A stretch of DNA of 64,000 nucleotides. Source: Candidatus Latescibacterota bacterium (GTDB taxonomy: Bacteria > Latescibacterota > UBA2968). Made by a program: the position numbers and the translations under genes. The stretch is from positions 128,001 through 192,000 of the forward strand of contig OZ242311.1 in assembly GCA_965207885.1 (NCBI GenBank), in the 5' to 3' direction. The notes under the pieces were generated by a model. That model was not told the DNA's origin. It did not search any database and saw nothing but the letters and a program-made list of their open reading frames with translations. Below are positions 21,101 to 31,487 of the stretch, one piece after another (position 1 is the first letter of the stretch; every line of letters begins with the position of its first letter).

Positions 21101-24100
21101 GAACCACAACCGTTACGGTCACAGCGTCCCCTGCGCCAACGACCTCAATAAACGTGAGCGTAAACGTCACGCAAAACGGCAATTTCATCAGTGGTTCACC
21201 ACCATCAAGTGTCACCATCAATGCCAACAATACCACCGCCACATTCACAATCAATACCGTAAATGATAATATAGATGAGCCTAATGGCTCGATAACAGCG
21301 CAAGTGCAAGGTGGATCAGGCTATTCAGTAGGCTCTCCATCTTCAGTGACCATCACTGTCAATGACAATGACACCTCGCCACCTGGAACTCCAGCGGTGA
21401 CCATCTCGGCAGGCACCTCACCCATCACCGAAGGCACGGATGCAACTTTCACACTCACAGCAACCCCTGCACCTACAACCTCAATAAACGTGAGTGTGAA
21501 CGTCACGCAAAGCGGCAATTTCATCAGCGGCTCAACAGGCGCGCGCACAGTCAGCATAGGTACCTCTGGCACCGCCACACTGACAGTCAATACTGTAAAT
21601 GATAATACAGACGAGTCAAATGGCTCGGTAACAGCACAAGTGCAGGGCGGAACAGGCTATACTGTAGGCTCTCCATCATCGGCTACCGTCAACGTCAACG
21701 ACAACGACGTATCTGGAGGAGGGGGTCAAACGCCGATAGGAGTGACCCCACCACCACAACCGCCACCACAGCCACCACCTCAACCACCACCTCAACCACC
21801 ACAACCACCGCAGCCGCCACCACAGCCGCCACCACAGCCTGGAACCACCCCACAGGTGACCATCTCGGCAGGGACTTCACCTGTCACCGAAGGCACGGAT
21901 GCGACATTTACGCTCACAGCGTCCCCCGCGCCTACAACCTCATTAAACGTGATGGTGGATGTCTCTCAGACCGGCAATTTCATCAGTGGCTCACCAGGCA
22001 GACGTCTGGTCAGCATCGGCACCTCTGGCACCGCAACACTGACAGTAGCAACGGACAACGATAATACAGATGAGCCTAATGGCTCGATAACAGCGCAAGT
22101 GCAGACCGGAGCAGGCTACACAGTAGGCTCCCCTTCCTCAGCAACCGTCACTGTCAATGACAACGACGCAGCGCCAAGGGGTCCACCGCAGCCAAGAGTG
22201 ACAATCACAGCGAATCCTACAACCATCACCGAAGGCACGGATGCCACATTCACACTCACAGCGAATCCCAGACCGACAACCGCGCTGAAAGTACGGATAA
22301 ACGTCACCCAGACGGGTAGTGTCCTCAGAGGCACACCCCCCTCAACCGTCACCTTCCGCGCCAACCAGACCACCGCTACACTCACAGTAGCAACGCACGA
22401 CGACAATGTAGATGAAATCGCCAGCGAAGTAACCGCACAAATACAGACCGGAACGGGCTACACAGTAGGCTCCCCATCCTCGGCAACCGTCACTGTCAAC
22501 GACAACGACATTCCGCAGATGACAATCACGGCGAATCGCGCGAGCGTCACTGAAGGCACGGATGCGACATTCACAATCACAGCAGATCCCAGACCGGCAA
22601 CCGCACTAACCGTGAACGTGAACGTCACCCAAACCGGCGATGTCATCAGCGGCACACCGCCTTCGACAGTCACATTCAACGCCAATCAGACCACCGCCAC
22701 GCTAAGGGTAGCAACACACGACGACAATGTACGCGAATCCGCTGGTACTGTAATGGCGCAAATAACGTCAGGTGTGGGCTACACAGTGGGCACCCCATCC
22801 TCGGCGAGCGTAACCGTCAAAGACAACGACACACCTCCGAACTCACCAGCAACAGGTGCCCCAATAATCATCGGCAAACCCGAATTGGGAGAAACACTAA
22901 AAACAGATGTCTCTAACATCCGGGATGCCAATGGCCTCACCAATGTGTCATACGCCTATCAGTGGATCCGCGTAATCGGCAGTATGGAGACCGAGATTCC
23001 CGGAGCCACGGGTTCGATGTACACAGTGGTAACAGCCGATAGTGGTTACCGGCTAAAAGTTCGGGTGAACTTCAACGACGATTTGGGCTATCCCGAAGAA
23101 CTGGAAAGCGCATTGACAGCGATGGTGGTCATACCGGGCGTGACACCGGTAATAACACTCACACCGGACCCCCCAAGTGTCACCGAAGGCACGGCTGCGA
23201 CATTCACAATCACAGCGACCCCTGCACCCACAATCACACTGACCGTGAACATAAGCATCACCGAAACCGCCAATACCCTCAGCGGCACACCGCCATCAAC
23301 CGTCACCATCAGCGCCGGCCAGACCACACTGACAGTAGCAACAGACGACGATAAAAAGGACGAACACGCCAGTGTAATAACCGCGCAAGTGCAAGCCGGA
23401 ATGGGCTACACAGTAGGCTCTCCATCCTCAGCCAGAGTGCTCGTGATGGATAACGACTTGCCGCCAGCGATAGACGCAACGCTGAGCAACCTGACAATCA
23501 ACCCCGGCATAATGACCCCCACATTCGCTCCGGCCACATTGTCCTACACCGCCCTGGTGCCCCACGATGCCTCATCCGTAACAGTTACAGCAACACCCAA
23601 TAACCCGGACGCAACCGTAGCTATCGACGACCAGAACACCACCTCATTGAACATACCATTTACCGGTGACACAATGGACGTCACAGTAACAGTTATAGCC
23701 GTAGATGGCGTCACCCAATTGACCTACACCATCACAGTCAACCGTGCGCCAGCAGGGTTTCCACAAGTGACCATCACAGCGAATCCCACAACCGTCACCG
23801 AAGGCACGGCTGCGACATTCACAATCACAGCAAACCAACCATCAGTAACCGATCTGACCGTGAACGTAAGCGTCACCGAAACCGCCAAAATGCTCAGCGG
23901 CACACCGCCCTCGACCGTCATCATCAGTGCTGGCTACACCACCGCCACATTGACAGTCGCAACACATGACGACGACGTAGATGAACACGCCAGTGTCGTA
24001 ACCGCACAAATAAAAGTCGGAACAGGCTACACAGTAAGCGACCCATCCTCGGCCAAAGTATTCGTACTGGACGACGAAGTGGTGTTATCGACAGACGCAA

Positions 24101-27100
24101 CCCTGAGCAGCCTGACCATCAACCCCGGTACACTGAATCCAGCATTCGATCCCGACACATACACCTACACAGCCACAGTGCCGTACGCGACCTCAACAGT
24201 AACAGTCACAGCAACACCCAATGACACAGACGCAACCGTAACCCTCAACGGACAGACCGCGACCACATCGAACGTGCCATTTACCGGCGACACGATGGAC
24301 ATCGCAGTAACAGTCACCGCCGAAGACGGCACCACCCAAGTAACCTACACCATCACAGTCAACCGTGGTGCCCCATCGACAGACGCAGCCCTGAGCGACC
24401 TGACAATCAACCCCGGCACACTGAACCCGGCATTCGATCCGGCAACATTGGACTACACCGTCTCAGTGGAAAACGGGGTCTCGACAATAACGATTACAGC
24501 CACAGCCAATAACCCGGGTGCAACCATAACCATCAACGGACAGACCGCGACCACATTGGACGTATCACTTGTCGAAGGCACGAACACCATCACAGTAGTA
24601 GTCACAGCCGAAGACGGCACCACCCAGGTGACCTATACCATTACAATTACCCGCGAAGCACCGATCCCACAGGTGACCATCTCGGCAGGCACCTCACCCA
24701 TCACCGAAGGCACGGCTGCGACATTCACAATCACAGCAACCCCTGCGCCCACAACCGAACTGACCGTAAGCGTGAACATAACAGAGACGAAAGATGTCCT
24801 CAGCGACACACCGCCCTCAATCGTCACCATCGACGCCAACCAGACCACCGCTACCCTCACAGTTGCAACAGACGACGACAATGTAGATGAAGAAGCCAGC
24901 ACAATAACCGCACAACTACAAGCTGGAACAGACTACACCGTGGGCACCCCATCCTCTGCGAGCGTCACCGTGAACGACAACGACGCTGCCCCCAACAATC
25001 CAGCCACAGGCGCCCCAACAATCATCGGCACACCCGAAGTGGGAGAAACACTAACTGCCGATGTCTCTAACATCCGGGATGCCGACGGCCTTGAAAATGT
25101 CACCTATATCTATCAGTGGATCCGCGTAATAGGCGGTGTGGAAACCGAAATCTCAGGTGCCACAGGCACTACATACGAAGTCGCAACAGCCGACATTGGT
25201 TCCCAGATAAAAGTCCGGGTAAACTTCACCGATGATCTGGGCAACGCCGAAGAATTGGAAAGCGACTTGACAGCAATCGTCGTTGCCCCAGTAGTGCCAG
25301 TCTTGACAATCACAGCAAGTACCACAACCATCACCGAAGGCACGGCTGCAACCTTCACAATCACAGCGACCTCTGCACCCACAGCCGAACTGACCATCAA
25401 CGTGAACATCAGTGAAACCGGCAACGTCATCAGCGGCACACTGCCCTCAACCATCACCATCAGCACCAACCAGACCACTCTAACCATCGCAACAGCCGAC
25501 GACAATACAGATGAAGAAGCCAGCGCAATAACCGCAACACTACAAGCCGGAACAGACTACACGTTGGGCACACCCTCATCTGCGAGCATAACCGTAAACG
25601 ACAACGACCTGCCCCCGAACTCACCAGCCACAGGCGCCCCAACAATCACCGGCACACCGCAAGTAGGGCAAACACTAACCGCGGACGTCTCTAACATCCA
25701 GGATGCCAATGGCCTCACCAATGTATCGTACACCTATCAGTGGATCCGTCTGGTAGGCAGTGTGGAAACCGAAATCATCGGCGCCACTGGTGGGACATAC
25801 GAAGTCACAATAACCGACACAGATCGCCAGCTAAAAGTTCGGGTCAACTTCACCGACGACCTGGGCTATGACGAAGAATTGGAAAGCGCATGGACAGCAG
25901 TTATTACACCAGAGGAACCTCGCGTGGTAAAATTAGACGGATGGCTGGCGCGATTTGGGCGAACCGCATCGAATCACGTAATCGAAACCGTGCGCGAACG
26001 CGTGAGGGGGCACGTGGGCACCAACCACGTGGTGATTGGCGGATACAACCTGCATGAGACGAATTATAACGGACTATCCTACAATCCGGCATTGATACCG
26101 AGCGATTCCCCAATGAGATTTAGCATTGAGGCCGCGCAGAGTGCTCACGACAAAGAGATATTGAAGCAAATCATATCGAGTACATCATTTGCCCTGTCTG
26201 GCACAATGGGACCGTACAGCGAACCTCGATGGGCAGTGTGGGGCCGGGGTGCAACAACGCGCTTTAGCGGCACCGACGACGATCAGACAGTAGAAGGCGA
26301 CGTAACATCGGTCATGCTGGGCATCGACTATGGGGATAACAGTTTCCAGGGCGGGCTTGTCCTATCCTACACCATGGGCGATGGCATACTGGGCACCATC
26401 GCCAATACCCGCGACGAATGGTCAGTAGAGACAACGCTGACGGGTATCTATCCCTGGGCGCGCCTCGCATTGACAAACCGATTCTCTGTATGGGGAATGC
26501 TGGGCTATGGCGGAGGCGATCTGCCCCTATCGCTCGAAGGCATCAAGAAATTAGAGACAGACGCAAACATGGTCATGGGAGCAATTGGGACCCGCACCGA
26601 TTTGGTCGGATCGACCTATCATGACGGATTTACACTGACCCTGGCATCAGATGCAGTGCTATCGCGTGCGAATGCGGATGATCTGAGGGATTTGTTGGAG
26701 AACAAGGGCACGGCGAGCCGCGTACGCGTATTATTAGAAGGATCACACGTACTCTGGGTCGCCGGGGGTTCACTGCAACCATTGGCCGAGGTGGGAATGC
26801 GGTATGATGGCGGCGATGCAGACACGGGCATGGGGATAGAAATTGGTGCCGGGATGCGCTATGTACTGACCTCGCTGGGCCTGATGATTGAGGGTCGGGT
26901 GCGCGGCCTCATAGCACACCAGGAAGGCAATTATGAAGAATGGGGCGGCTCGGGCACAATCCGCCTGTCTCCAAATCCATCAGGCGAAGGACTATCGCTT
27001 CGGGTATCGCCAACATGGGGCGACGCATCTGGCAGCGCGCGTGCCCTGTGGTCGAGGCCCGACATGGGCGACATCGCATCTGGTCGCAACTCGGAAGTCT

Positions 27101-27387
27101 ATGCATCTAACCACGTATCCGCCGAAATAGCCTATGGCGTACCGCTACTGGGCGATAAATTAATTGCAACGCCATTTGTCGGGCTACAAGACCGGCACAA
27201 ACGGCTCGGCGTCGGCTTGCACAGGGGTTCGTTATTCGGCCTTGCGGTCGAGGGCATGCAACACAACCAGGACCTTGCCCTGAGGGTTCGCGCGGGCATG
27301 CACACGCAACACATCATCCTCCGCCTTGAAGGCAGCCTCGATAAATATGGTCACCACGCCTACTTCAGGCTACACCACGATATGTGA
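18145..27387 (+). CDS. Giant (3080 aa) repetitive adhesin: signal peptide, Calx-beta/Ig-like repeats, cadherin-like beta-sandwiches, Pro/Gln linkers, autotransporter-like barrel
   Basis: Signal peptide ending ADA-Q; many ITEG...YTVGSPSSATVxVNDND units; APTIxGxPxxGxTL...YQW units; DATLSxLTINPG units; C-terminal WLARFGRT...WGRG...LGIDY barrel. Confidence 0.85.
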   Translation: MFSQIEQIFSHIIRTRLTAIILMLALPIAADAQEVTIKSSPTSIMEGKSTTFIISVTPAPTSNLRVNIEVTGNTIPSSYTRPTTITVGTSGQYTLTVPTEDFDENPDDENWGNVHVKIKEGTGYTIGENGSASVQVIDSDKKDEVTLPPLENPPPSLPVVTLHTDQTRVAIGDRVTLTMKRTEPHDYRHRVDFRVGGHLPDITDWEPMVEILHPQSANRHPPGERSYSFRVQEETCGHTQGRKIEAFLFDAYYYGDNIPQASRTGDSAYKVGDPSSVTIEVYKPTNWQPAGAPTINGTPEVGQTLTVSHGLSGVTGYQWYRGSNSISGEMGSTYTVQTADNGHRLKVRVTFNNGTCYLESALTAVVGGMPIGTIDTNPPTIIEGQTKRFRITMDPVPKAPLIAEVRVSQTGDFITGSPGVGIHTVNFGANQATATITVNTEDDQVEEPNGEISAELLKRTGYEVGAPSIATVIVEDNDEGSPPPPPPPPPPTPSVSISANPTTITEGGTTTVTVTANPAPTTSINVNVNVSQNGNFISGSPPSSVTFNANNTTATFTINTVNDNIDEPNGSITAQVQGGSGYTVGSPSSATVNVNDNDNPPPNTPQVTISAGTSPITEGTDATFTLTASPAPTTSINVSVNVSQSGNFISSPGIRTVSIGTNGTATLIVATVNDNTDESNGSITAQVQGGPGYSVGSPSLATVTVNDNDGGSPPPPPTPSVTITAGTSPITEGTSATFTLTASPAPTTSINVNVNVSQNGNFISSPGIRTVSIGTNGTATLTVATDNDNTDEPNGSITAQVQTGAGYTVGSPSSATVNVNDNDAAPRGPPQPKVTITANPTTITEGQSATFTLTASPAPTTSITVSVNVSQNGNFISSTGTRSATINANNTTATFTINTVNDNIDEPNGSVTAQVQAGTDYTVGAPSSATVNVNDNDVSGGGGQPPIGVTPPPQPPQPPPQPPPQPPPPTPSVTISANPTTITEGGTTTVTVTASPAPTTSINVSVNVTQNGNFISGSPPSSVTINANNTTATFTINTVNDNIDEPNGSITAQVQGGSGYSVGSPSSVTITVNDNDTSPPGTPAVTISAGTSPITEGTDATFTLTATPAPTTSINVSVNVTQSGNFISGSTGARTVSIGTSGTATLTVNTVNDNTDESNGSVTAQVQGGTGYTVGSPSSATVNVNDNDVSGGGGQTPIGVTPPPQPPPQPPPQPPPQPPQPPQPPPQPPPQPGTTPQVTISAGTSPVTEGTDATFTLTASPAPTTSLNVMVDVSQTGNFISGSPGRRLVSIGTSGTATLTVATDNDNTDEPNGSITAQVQTGAGYTVGSPSSATVTVNDNDAAPRGPPQPRVTITANPTTITEGTDATFTLTANPRPTTALKVRINVTQTGSVLRGTPPSTVTFRANQTTATLTVATHDDNVDEIASEVTAQIQTGTGYTVGSPSSATVTVNDNDIPQMTITANRASVTEGTDATFTITADPRPATALTVNVNVTQTGDVISGTPPSTVTFNANQTTATLRVATHDDNVRESAGTVMAQITSGVGYTVGTPSSASVTVKDNDTPPNSPATGAPIIIGKPELGETLKTDVSNIRDANGLTNVSYAYQWIRVIGSMETEIPGATGSMYTVVTADSGYRLKVRVNFNDDLGYPEELESALTAMVVIPGVTPVITLTPDPPSVTEGTAATFTITATPAPTITLTVNISITETANTLSGTPPSTVTISAGQTTLTVATDDDKKDEHASVITAQVQAGMGYTVGSPSSARVLVMDNDLPPAIDATLSNLTINPGIMTPTFAPATLSYTALVPHDASSVTVTATPNNPDATVAIDDQNTTSLNIPFTGDTMDVTVTVIAVDGVTQLTYTITVNRAPAGFPQVTITANPTTVTEGTAATFTITANQPSVTDLTVNVSVTETAKMLSGTPPSTVIISAGYTTATLTVATHDDDVDEHASVVTAQIKVGTGYTVSDPSSAKVFVLDDEVVLSTDATLSSLTINPGTLNPAFDPDTYTYTATVPYATSTVTVTATPNDTDATVTLNGQTATTSNVPFTGDTMDIAVTVTAEDGTTQVTYTITVNRGAPSTDAALSDLTINPGTLNPAFDPATLDYTVSVENGVSTITITATANNPGATITINGQTATTLDVSLVEGTNTITVVVTAEDGTTQVTYTITITREAPIPQVTISAGTSPITEGTAATFTITATPAPTTELTVSVNITETKDVLSDTPPSIVTIDANQTTATLTVATDDDNVDEEASTITAQLQAGTDYTVGTPSSASVTVNDNDAAPNNPATGAPTIIGTPEVGETLTADVSNIRDADGLENVTYIYQWIRVIGGVETEISGATGTTYEVATADIGSQIKVRVNFTDDLGNAEELESDLTAIVVAPVVPVLTITASTTTITEGTAATFTITATSAPTAELTINVNISETGNVISGTLPSTITISTNQTTLTIATADDNTDEEASAITATLQAGTDYTLGTPSSASITVNDNDLPPNSPATGAPTITGTPQVGQTLTADVSNIQDANGLTNVSYTYQWIRLVGSVETEIIGATGGTYEVTITDTDRQLKVRVNFTDDLGYDEELESAWTAVITPEEPRVVKLDGWLARFGRTASNHVIETVRERVRGHVGTNHVVIGGYNLHETNYNGLSYNPALIPSDSPMRFSIEAAQSAHDKEILKQIISSTSFALSGTMGPYSEPRWAVWGRGATTRFSGTDDDQTVEGDVTSVMLGIDYGDNSFQGGLVLSYTMGDGILGTIANTRDEWSVETTLTGIYPWARLALTNRFSVWGMLGYGGGDLPLSLEGIKKLETDANMVMGAIGTRTDLVGSTYHDGFTLTLASDAVLSRANADDLRDLLENKGTASRVRVLLEGSHVLWVAGGSLQPLAEVGMRYDGGDADTGMGIEIGAGMRYVLTSLGLMIEGRVRGLIAHQEGNYEEWGGSGTIRLSPNPSGEGLSLRVSPTWGDASGSARALWSRPDMGDIASGRNSEVYASNHVSAEIAYGVPLLGDKLIATPFVGLQDRHKRLGVGLHRGSLFGLAVEGMQHNQDLALRVRAGMHTQHIILRLEGSLDKYGHHAYFRLHHDM

Positions 27388-27405
27388 TTCCCAGCCCCTT
27401 TTTCC

Positions 27406-28401
27406 ATGACCCTCAAAACCCTGAACCACACCCTCTCCAAATTCCGCAACCTCACCATCCTCGTTATCGGCGACTACTTCCTCGACCGCTATCTCATCAC
27501 GGACCCCGACCTCGCCGAAACATCCATCGAAACCGGCCTTGAAGCGCGCCAAATCGTCGCCATTCGCAACCAGCCCGGCGCAGCCGGCACCATCACCTCC
27601 AACCTCTGCGCCCTCGGCATTGGACACATCTATGCCCTGGGCATAATCGGTCGCGACGGTCAGGGCTATGACCTCAAACAGGGATTGCGCGCCACGGGTG
27701 TAGATATCACCCACCTCATCGAAACACCCGACCGCTTTACCCCGACTTATACCAAACCCATAAACAAAAAAACAGGCGCTGAAATGGAACGCCTGGACAT
27801 AAAAAATCGAACGCCTTTACCCCTCGACCTCGAAAACCAACTCATTAAAACCCTGCGCCATCTCCTCCCCCTGGTAGATGGCGTCATAGCCCTCGACCAG
27901 GTACAGGAACCCAACTGCGGTGTACTCACAGATCGCGTCGTCGCCGAACTCGCAAACCTCGCCAAAATCCATCCCAACACCGTCTGCTTTGCCGACTCCC
28001 GCACCCGCATCACCAACTTCAAAAATGTCATCCTCAAAGCCAACCGCGACGAAGCCATACACGCCATTGGAGAACGCGACCTCAACCAATGTGCCCGCAC
28101 CTTTTCCCAGCGCACCGGCAAACCCGTCTTCATCACCCTTGGGCCCGACGGCATTCTCGTTGCCAACAACGAAAACCTCACGCATATTCCCGGTATAAAA
28201 ATTCCGCCGCCCATCGACATCGTGGGTGCAGGTGACAGCGTCTCGGCATCTGTGGTCTCCGCCCTTTGTGCCAGCGCATCACTATCCGACGCCGCCCAAA
28301 TAGGCGTATTGGCCTCATCCATCACCATACAACAAATCGGCACAACCGGCACAGCCTCACCCGAACAAATCGTAAAAACAGCGCAACGCGAACTCAATTG
28401 A
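27406..28401 (+). CDS. PfkB-family carbohydrate kinase (RfaE/HldE kinase-like)
   Basis: ILVIGDYFLDRY, PGAAGT, ITLGPDG and DIVGAGD motifs. Confidence 0.85.
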   Translation: MTLKTLNHTLSKFRNLTILVIGDYFLDRYLITDPDLAETSIETGLEARQIVAIRNQPGAAGTITSNLCALGIGHIYALGIIGRDGQGYDLKQGLRATGVDITHLIETPDRFTPTYTKPINKKTGAEMERLDIKNRTPLPLDLENQLIKTLRHLLPLVDGVIALDQVQEPNCGVLTDRVVAELANLAKIHPNTVCFADSRTRITNFKNVILKANRDEAIHAIGERDLNQCARTFSQRTGKPVFITLGPDGILVANNENLTHIPGIKIPPPIDIVGAGDSVSASVVSALCASASLSDAAQIGVLASSITIQQIGTTGTASPEQIVKTAQRELN

Positions 28402-28417
28402 GGATGGAGTCCTATCC

Positions 28418-29374
28418 ATGAACCGCATTATTTCTCTTCTACCCAGCAGCACCGAAATCATCTGTGCCATCGGTGGTGGCGAACGCCTTGTCGGCCGTTC
28501 CCACGAATGCGATTACCCCTCCATCGTCGCCAACTTGCCCATCTGCACAGCTCCCAAATTCGACCCGGACGGCACCTCGTATCAAATTGACCAGCGGGTC
28601 AAAGCCATCTTGCAAGAAGCCACCTCGGTATATCGGGTAGATGCCGACCAGCTCGACGAATTGGCACCGGATTTGTTGGTAACACAATCGCAGTGCGACG
28701 TCTGCGCCGTCAGCCTTAAAGACGTCCAGGAAGCAGCCTGCCAATTGGTGCATTCTCAGCCGACCATTCTATCACTGGAACCCAACGCCTTAACCGATGT
28801 CTGGCACGACATTGAACGGGTGGGAACTGCTCTTGGAATGGAAGATAATAGTGGTACTCTCGTGACTCAACTAAAGAATCGACTACACAAAATTGCAACC
28901 CGCGTCCGCGAGATCAACTACCGTCCACGCGTGGCCTGCATTGAGTGGTTCGAACCGCTCATGGCTGCGGGCAATTGGATCCCCGAACTGGTGGAAATCT
29001 CCGGCGGTCAAAACCTCTTTACCTCGTCAGGAGATCATTCTCCCTATCTATCGTGGGAGGCCATAGAGGAAGCCCAGCCGGATATCATCATCCTGATGCC
29101 CTGCGGTTTTACTATGCCCCGTTCGCGAAACGAATTGCCATCTCTCACCCAACAGCCGGCGTGGTTCCGGCTACGAGCCGTACAGCAGGAGCAGGTATTC
29201 CTCACCGATGGCAACCAGTTTTTCAACCGTCCGGGACCGCGCCTGGTGGAATCGGCTGAAATCCTCGCCGAGATTCTCCATCCCCAGTACTTTGGTTGTA
29301 CACACGAACACATAGGATGGGAGCGATGGAAAACGGATAAAAGCATCTCGCTTGAAAGGAACCCTCATGTCTGA
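28418..29374 (+). CDS. BtuF-like cobalamin/iron-complex binding protein
   Basis: RIISLLPSSTEII, VGRSHECDYP and FNRPGPRLVESAEILA motifs. Confidence 0.8.
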   Translation: MNRIISLLPSSTEIICAIGGGERLVGRSHECDYPSIVANLPICTAPKFDPDGTSYQIDQRVKAILQEATSVYRVDADQLDELAPDLLVTQSQCDVCAVSLKDVQEAACQLVHSQPTILSLEPNALTDVWHDIERVGTALGMEDNSGTLVTQLKNRLHKIATRVREINYRPRVACIEWFEPLMAAGNWIPELVEISGGQNLFTSSGDHSPYLSWEAIEEAQPDIIILMPCGFTMPRSRNELPSLTQQPAWFRLRAVQQEQVFLTDGNQFFNRPGPRLVESAEILAEILHPQYFGCTHEHIGWERWKTDKSISLERNPHV

Positions 29375-30638
29375 CAAACCCAACTTCATCGTATTTATGA
29401 GTGACGACCAGGGACACCGCGACCTCTCTTGCATGGGCGCGACCGACTTCCAAACCCCCAACTTTGACCGCATCGCATCTCGGGGCGCCAAACTCACCCG
29501 CTGGTATTCCAATGCCCCGATCTGCTCCGCCGGACGCTGCGGCATACTCACCGGGCGCTATCCCATTGCCGCGGGCATCCCCGGCAACGTAGGCGTAACT
29601 GCCGACGGCCTGTCACCGGACTTGCCAACCATACCCAAAGCACTCAAAAAACTGGGCTATCAAACCTTCATGTCGGGCAAATGGCACCTGGGCAACCGCG
29701 AACCCTTCTTGCCGCACAACCACGGCTTTGACCACTGGTTTGGCTTCACCAACGGCTGTATCGACTACTACTCGCACATCTTCTACTGGGCATTATCTTC
29801 AAAAAACCAGGCGCGGCACGACCTCTGGGAAGACGGCCGAGAAGTGTACCGCAACGGCACCTACTTCGTCGATCTCATGCGCGACAAAGCCATTGAATAC
29901 ATCCAAAAAGCCAAAAACGATGGCCGCCCCTTCTTCATGTACATCCCCTTCAACACTCCGCACTATCCCCTGCACGCGCCAGAAGAATACATGGAACGCT
30001 TTGCCCACCTGCCTCGCTCGCGACAACTCATGACCGCCATGCTCACCGTCATGGACGACGCCATCGGCAAAATCCTCGACGAACTCGAACGACTGGATCT
30101 CTTTGACAACACCTGTATCTTCTTTCAACCCGATCACGGACCCTCGCGCGAACCGCGCAACTGGACCGACGGCACAGACCTCCCCTATCCCGGCGGCGAC
30201 ACAGGAGGCCTGCGCGGACACAAAGGCACCCTCTGGGAAGGCGGCATTCGCGTCCCCACCCTCATGAGCTGGCCCGCGCGCGTACAGGGCGGAAAAACCA
30301 TCGACGAAATCGGCATCGGCATGGACATCTTCCCCACCATCCTCACCGCAGCAGGTGGCGACCCCGAACAATACAACCTCGACGGCACGGACATACTCCC
30401 AATGATCGCCGACAATGCCCCTTCACCGCACGGCGACCTCTTCTGGACACAAGGACCCAAAGGCAACACCCGTGTGATTCAAAGCGACCGCTACAAACTC
30501 CTCCTCGACCAAAACGAAATACACCTCGCCAACCTCAACACCGACCCCAACGAAACCACCAACATCGCGGGCGACGAACCCGACCTCACCAACGACCTCC
30601 TCACCCGCCTCAACGAATGGCATGCCTCTGTAACCTAA
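29367..30638 (+). CDS. Cys-type (formylglycine-dependent) sulfatase
   Basis: KPNFIVFMSDDQG, ICSAGRCGILTGRY, GKWHLG, PHYPLH and LRGHKGTLWEGGIRVP motifs. Confidence 0.9.
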   Translation: MSDKPNFIVFMSDDQGHRDLSCMGATDFQTPNFDRIASRGAKLTRWYSNAPICSAGRCGILTGRYPIAAGIPGNVGVTADGLSPDLPTIPKALKKLGYQTFMSGKWHLGNREPFLPHNHGFDHWFGFTNGCIDYYSHIFYWALSSKNQARHDLWEDGREVYRNGTYFVDLMRDKAIEYIQKAKNDGRPFFMYIPFNTPHYPLHAPEEYMERFAHLPRSRQLMTAMLTVMDDAIGKILDELERLDLFDNTCIFFQPDHGPSREPRNWTDGTDLPYPGGDTGGLRGHKGTLWEGGIRVPTLMSWPARVQGGKTIDEIGIGMDIFPTILTAAGGDPEQYNLDGTDILPMIADNAPSPHGDLFWTQGPKGNTRVIQSDRYKLLLDQNEIHLANLNTDPNETTNIAGDEPDLTNDLLTRLNEWHASVT

Positions 30639-31392
30639 CCCCTCCCCCCTTCACACTCCACACCGAACCCGACGTATAAGTATTGCGCTCAGAACACAAG
30701 AACTCAATCACCTCAGCCACCTCCTCCGGATCCGAATACCGCCCCATCGGCTGACCCGGAGGATTGGCAATATACTCGGGCGAAAACCTCGGCACCACCA
30801 TATCCGTCAACGCCCGCCCCGGTTCCACGCCATTGACAAACACACCCTGTTTGCAATACGCATTGCCCAGCGCGCTTACAAATGAATACACAGCCCCCTT
30901 CGACACCGAATACGGCACCTGATTCGGACTGCCATTTCGCGCACCCGAAGTAATCGTCACACAGCGCCCCCAACTCCCTTCCAGCATATGGGGAATTGCA
31001 GCCTGGTGAAAATGATAAACCCCGTACACATTGATACGCATCACCTTATCAAACTGCACCACGGGTTGCTCAAAAAACGGCTTCTCCCATCCCAAAGTAC
31101 CAGCACAACACACCAGAATATCCAATCTCCCAAAACGCGCAACCGCTTGTGCCACACACGCCTGAACAGCAGCCTCATCCGTCACATCAGTCTCCACAAA
31201 CATCGCCTGCTGTCCCAATGCCTCAATCTTTTCAACCATCTCCGCTCCCTCTCTTGCCAGAACATCGGCAATAACAACATCCCGCCCCTCCTCTGCAATC
31301 CGAACCGCCGTTGCCCCACCAATACCCCGCGCGCCCCCTGTAACAAGCGCAACCCGCCGTTCCTTCTCCGCTGCAAAACGCAAATTCGACAT
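30610..31392 (-). CDS. SDR family oxidoreductase
   Basis: TGGARGIG Rossmann motif, YSVSK catalytic motif, VNGVEPG. Confidence 0.9.
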   Translation of the reverse strand: MSNLRFAAEKERRVALVTGGARGIGGATAVRIAEEGRDVVIADVLAREGAEMVEKIEALGQQAMFVETDVTDEAAVQACVAQAVARFGRLDILVCCAGTLGWEKPFFEQPVVQFDKVMRINVYGVYHFHQAAIPHMLEGSWGRCVTITSGARNGSPNQVPYSVSKGAVYSFVSALGNAYCKQGVFVNGVEPGRALTDMVVPRFSPEYIANPPGQPMGRYSDPEEVAEVIEFLCSERNTYTSGSVWSVKGGGVRLQRHAIR

Positions 31393-31487
31393 CTCACCCT
31401 CCTCGTATTCTATTGCCCATTATCGTCTCATCGGTTAATATAACCCAGATTGCGTTCAATTCCATACCTGAATACAAGGAGTGAAAC

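Noticed and set aside
19527-25645. Series of similar minus-strand ORFs
   Set aside because: They are antisense reflections of the adhesin repeats.
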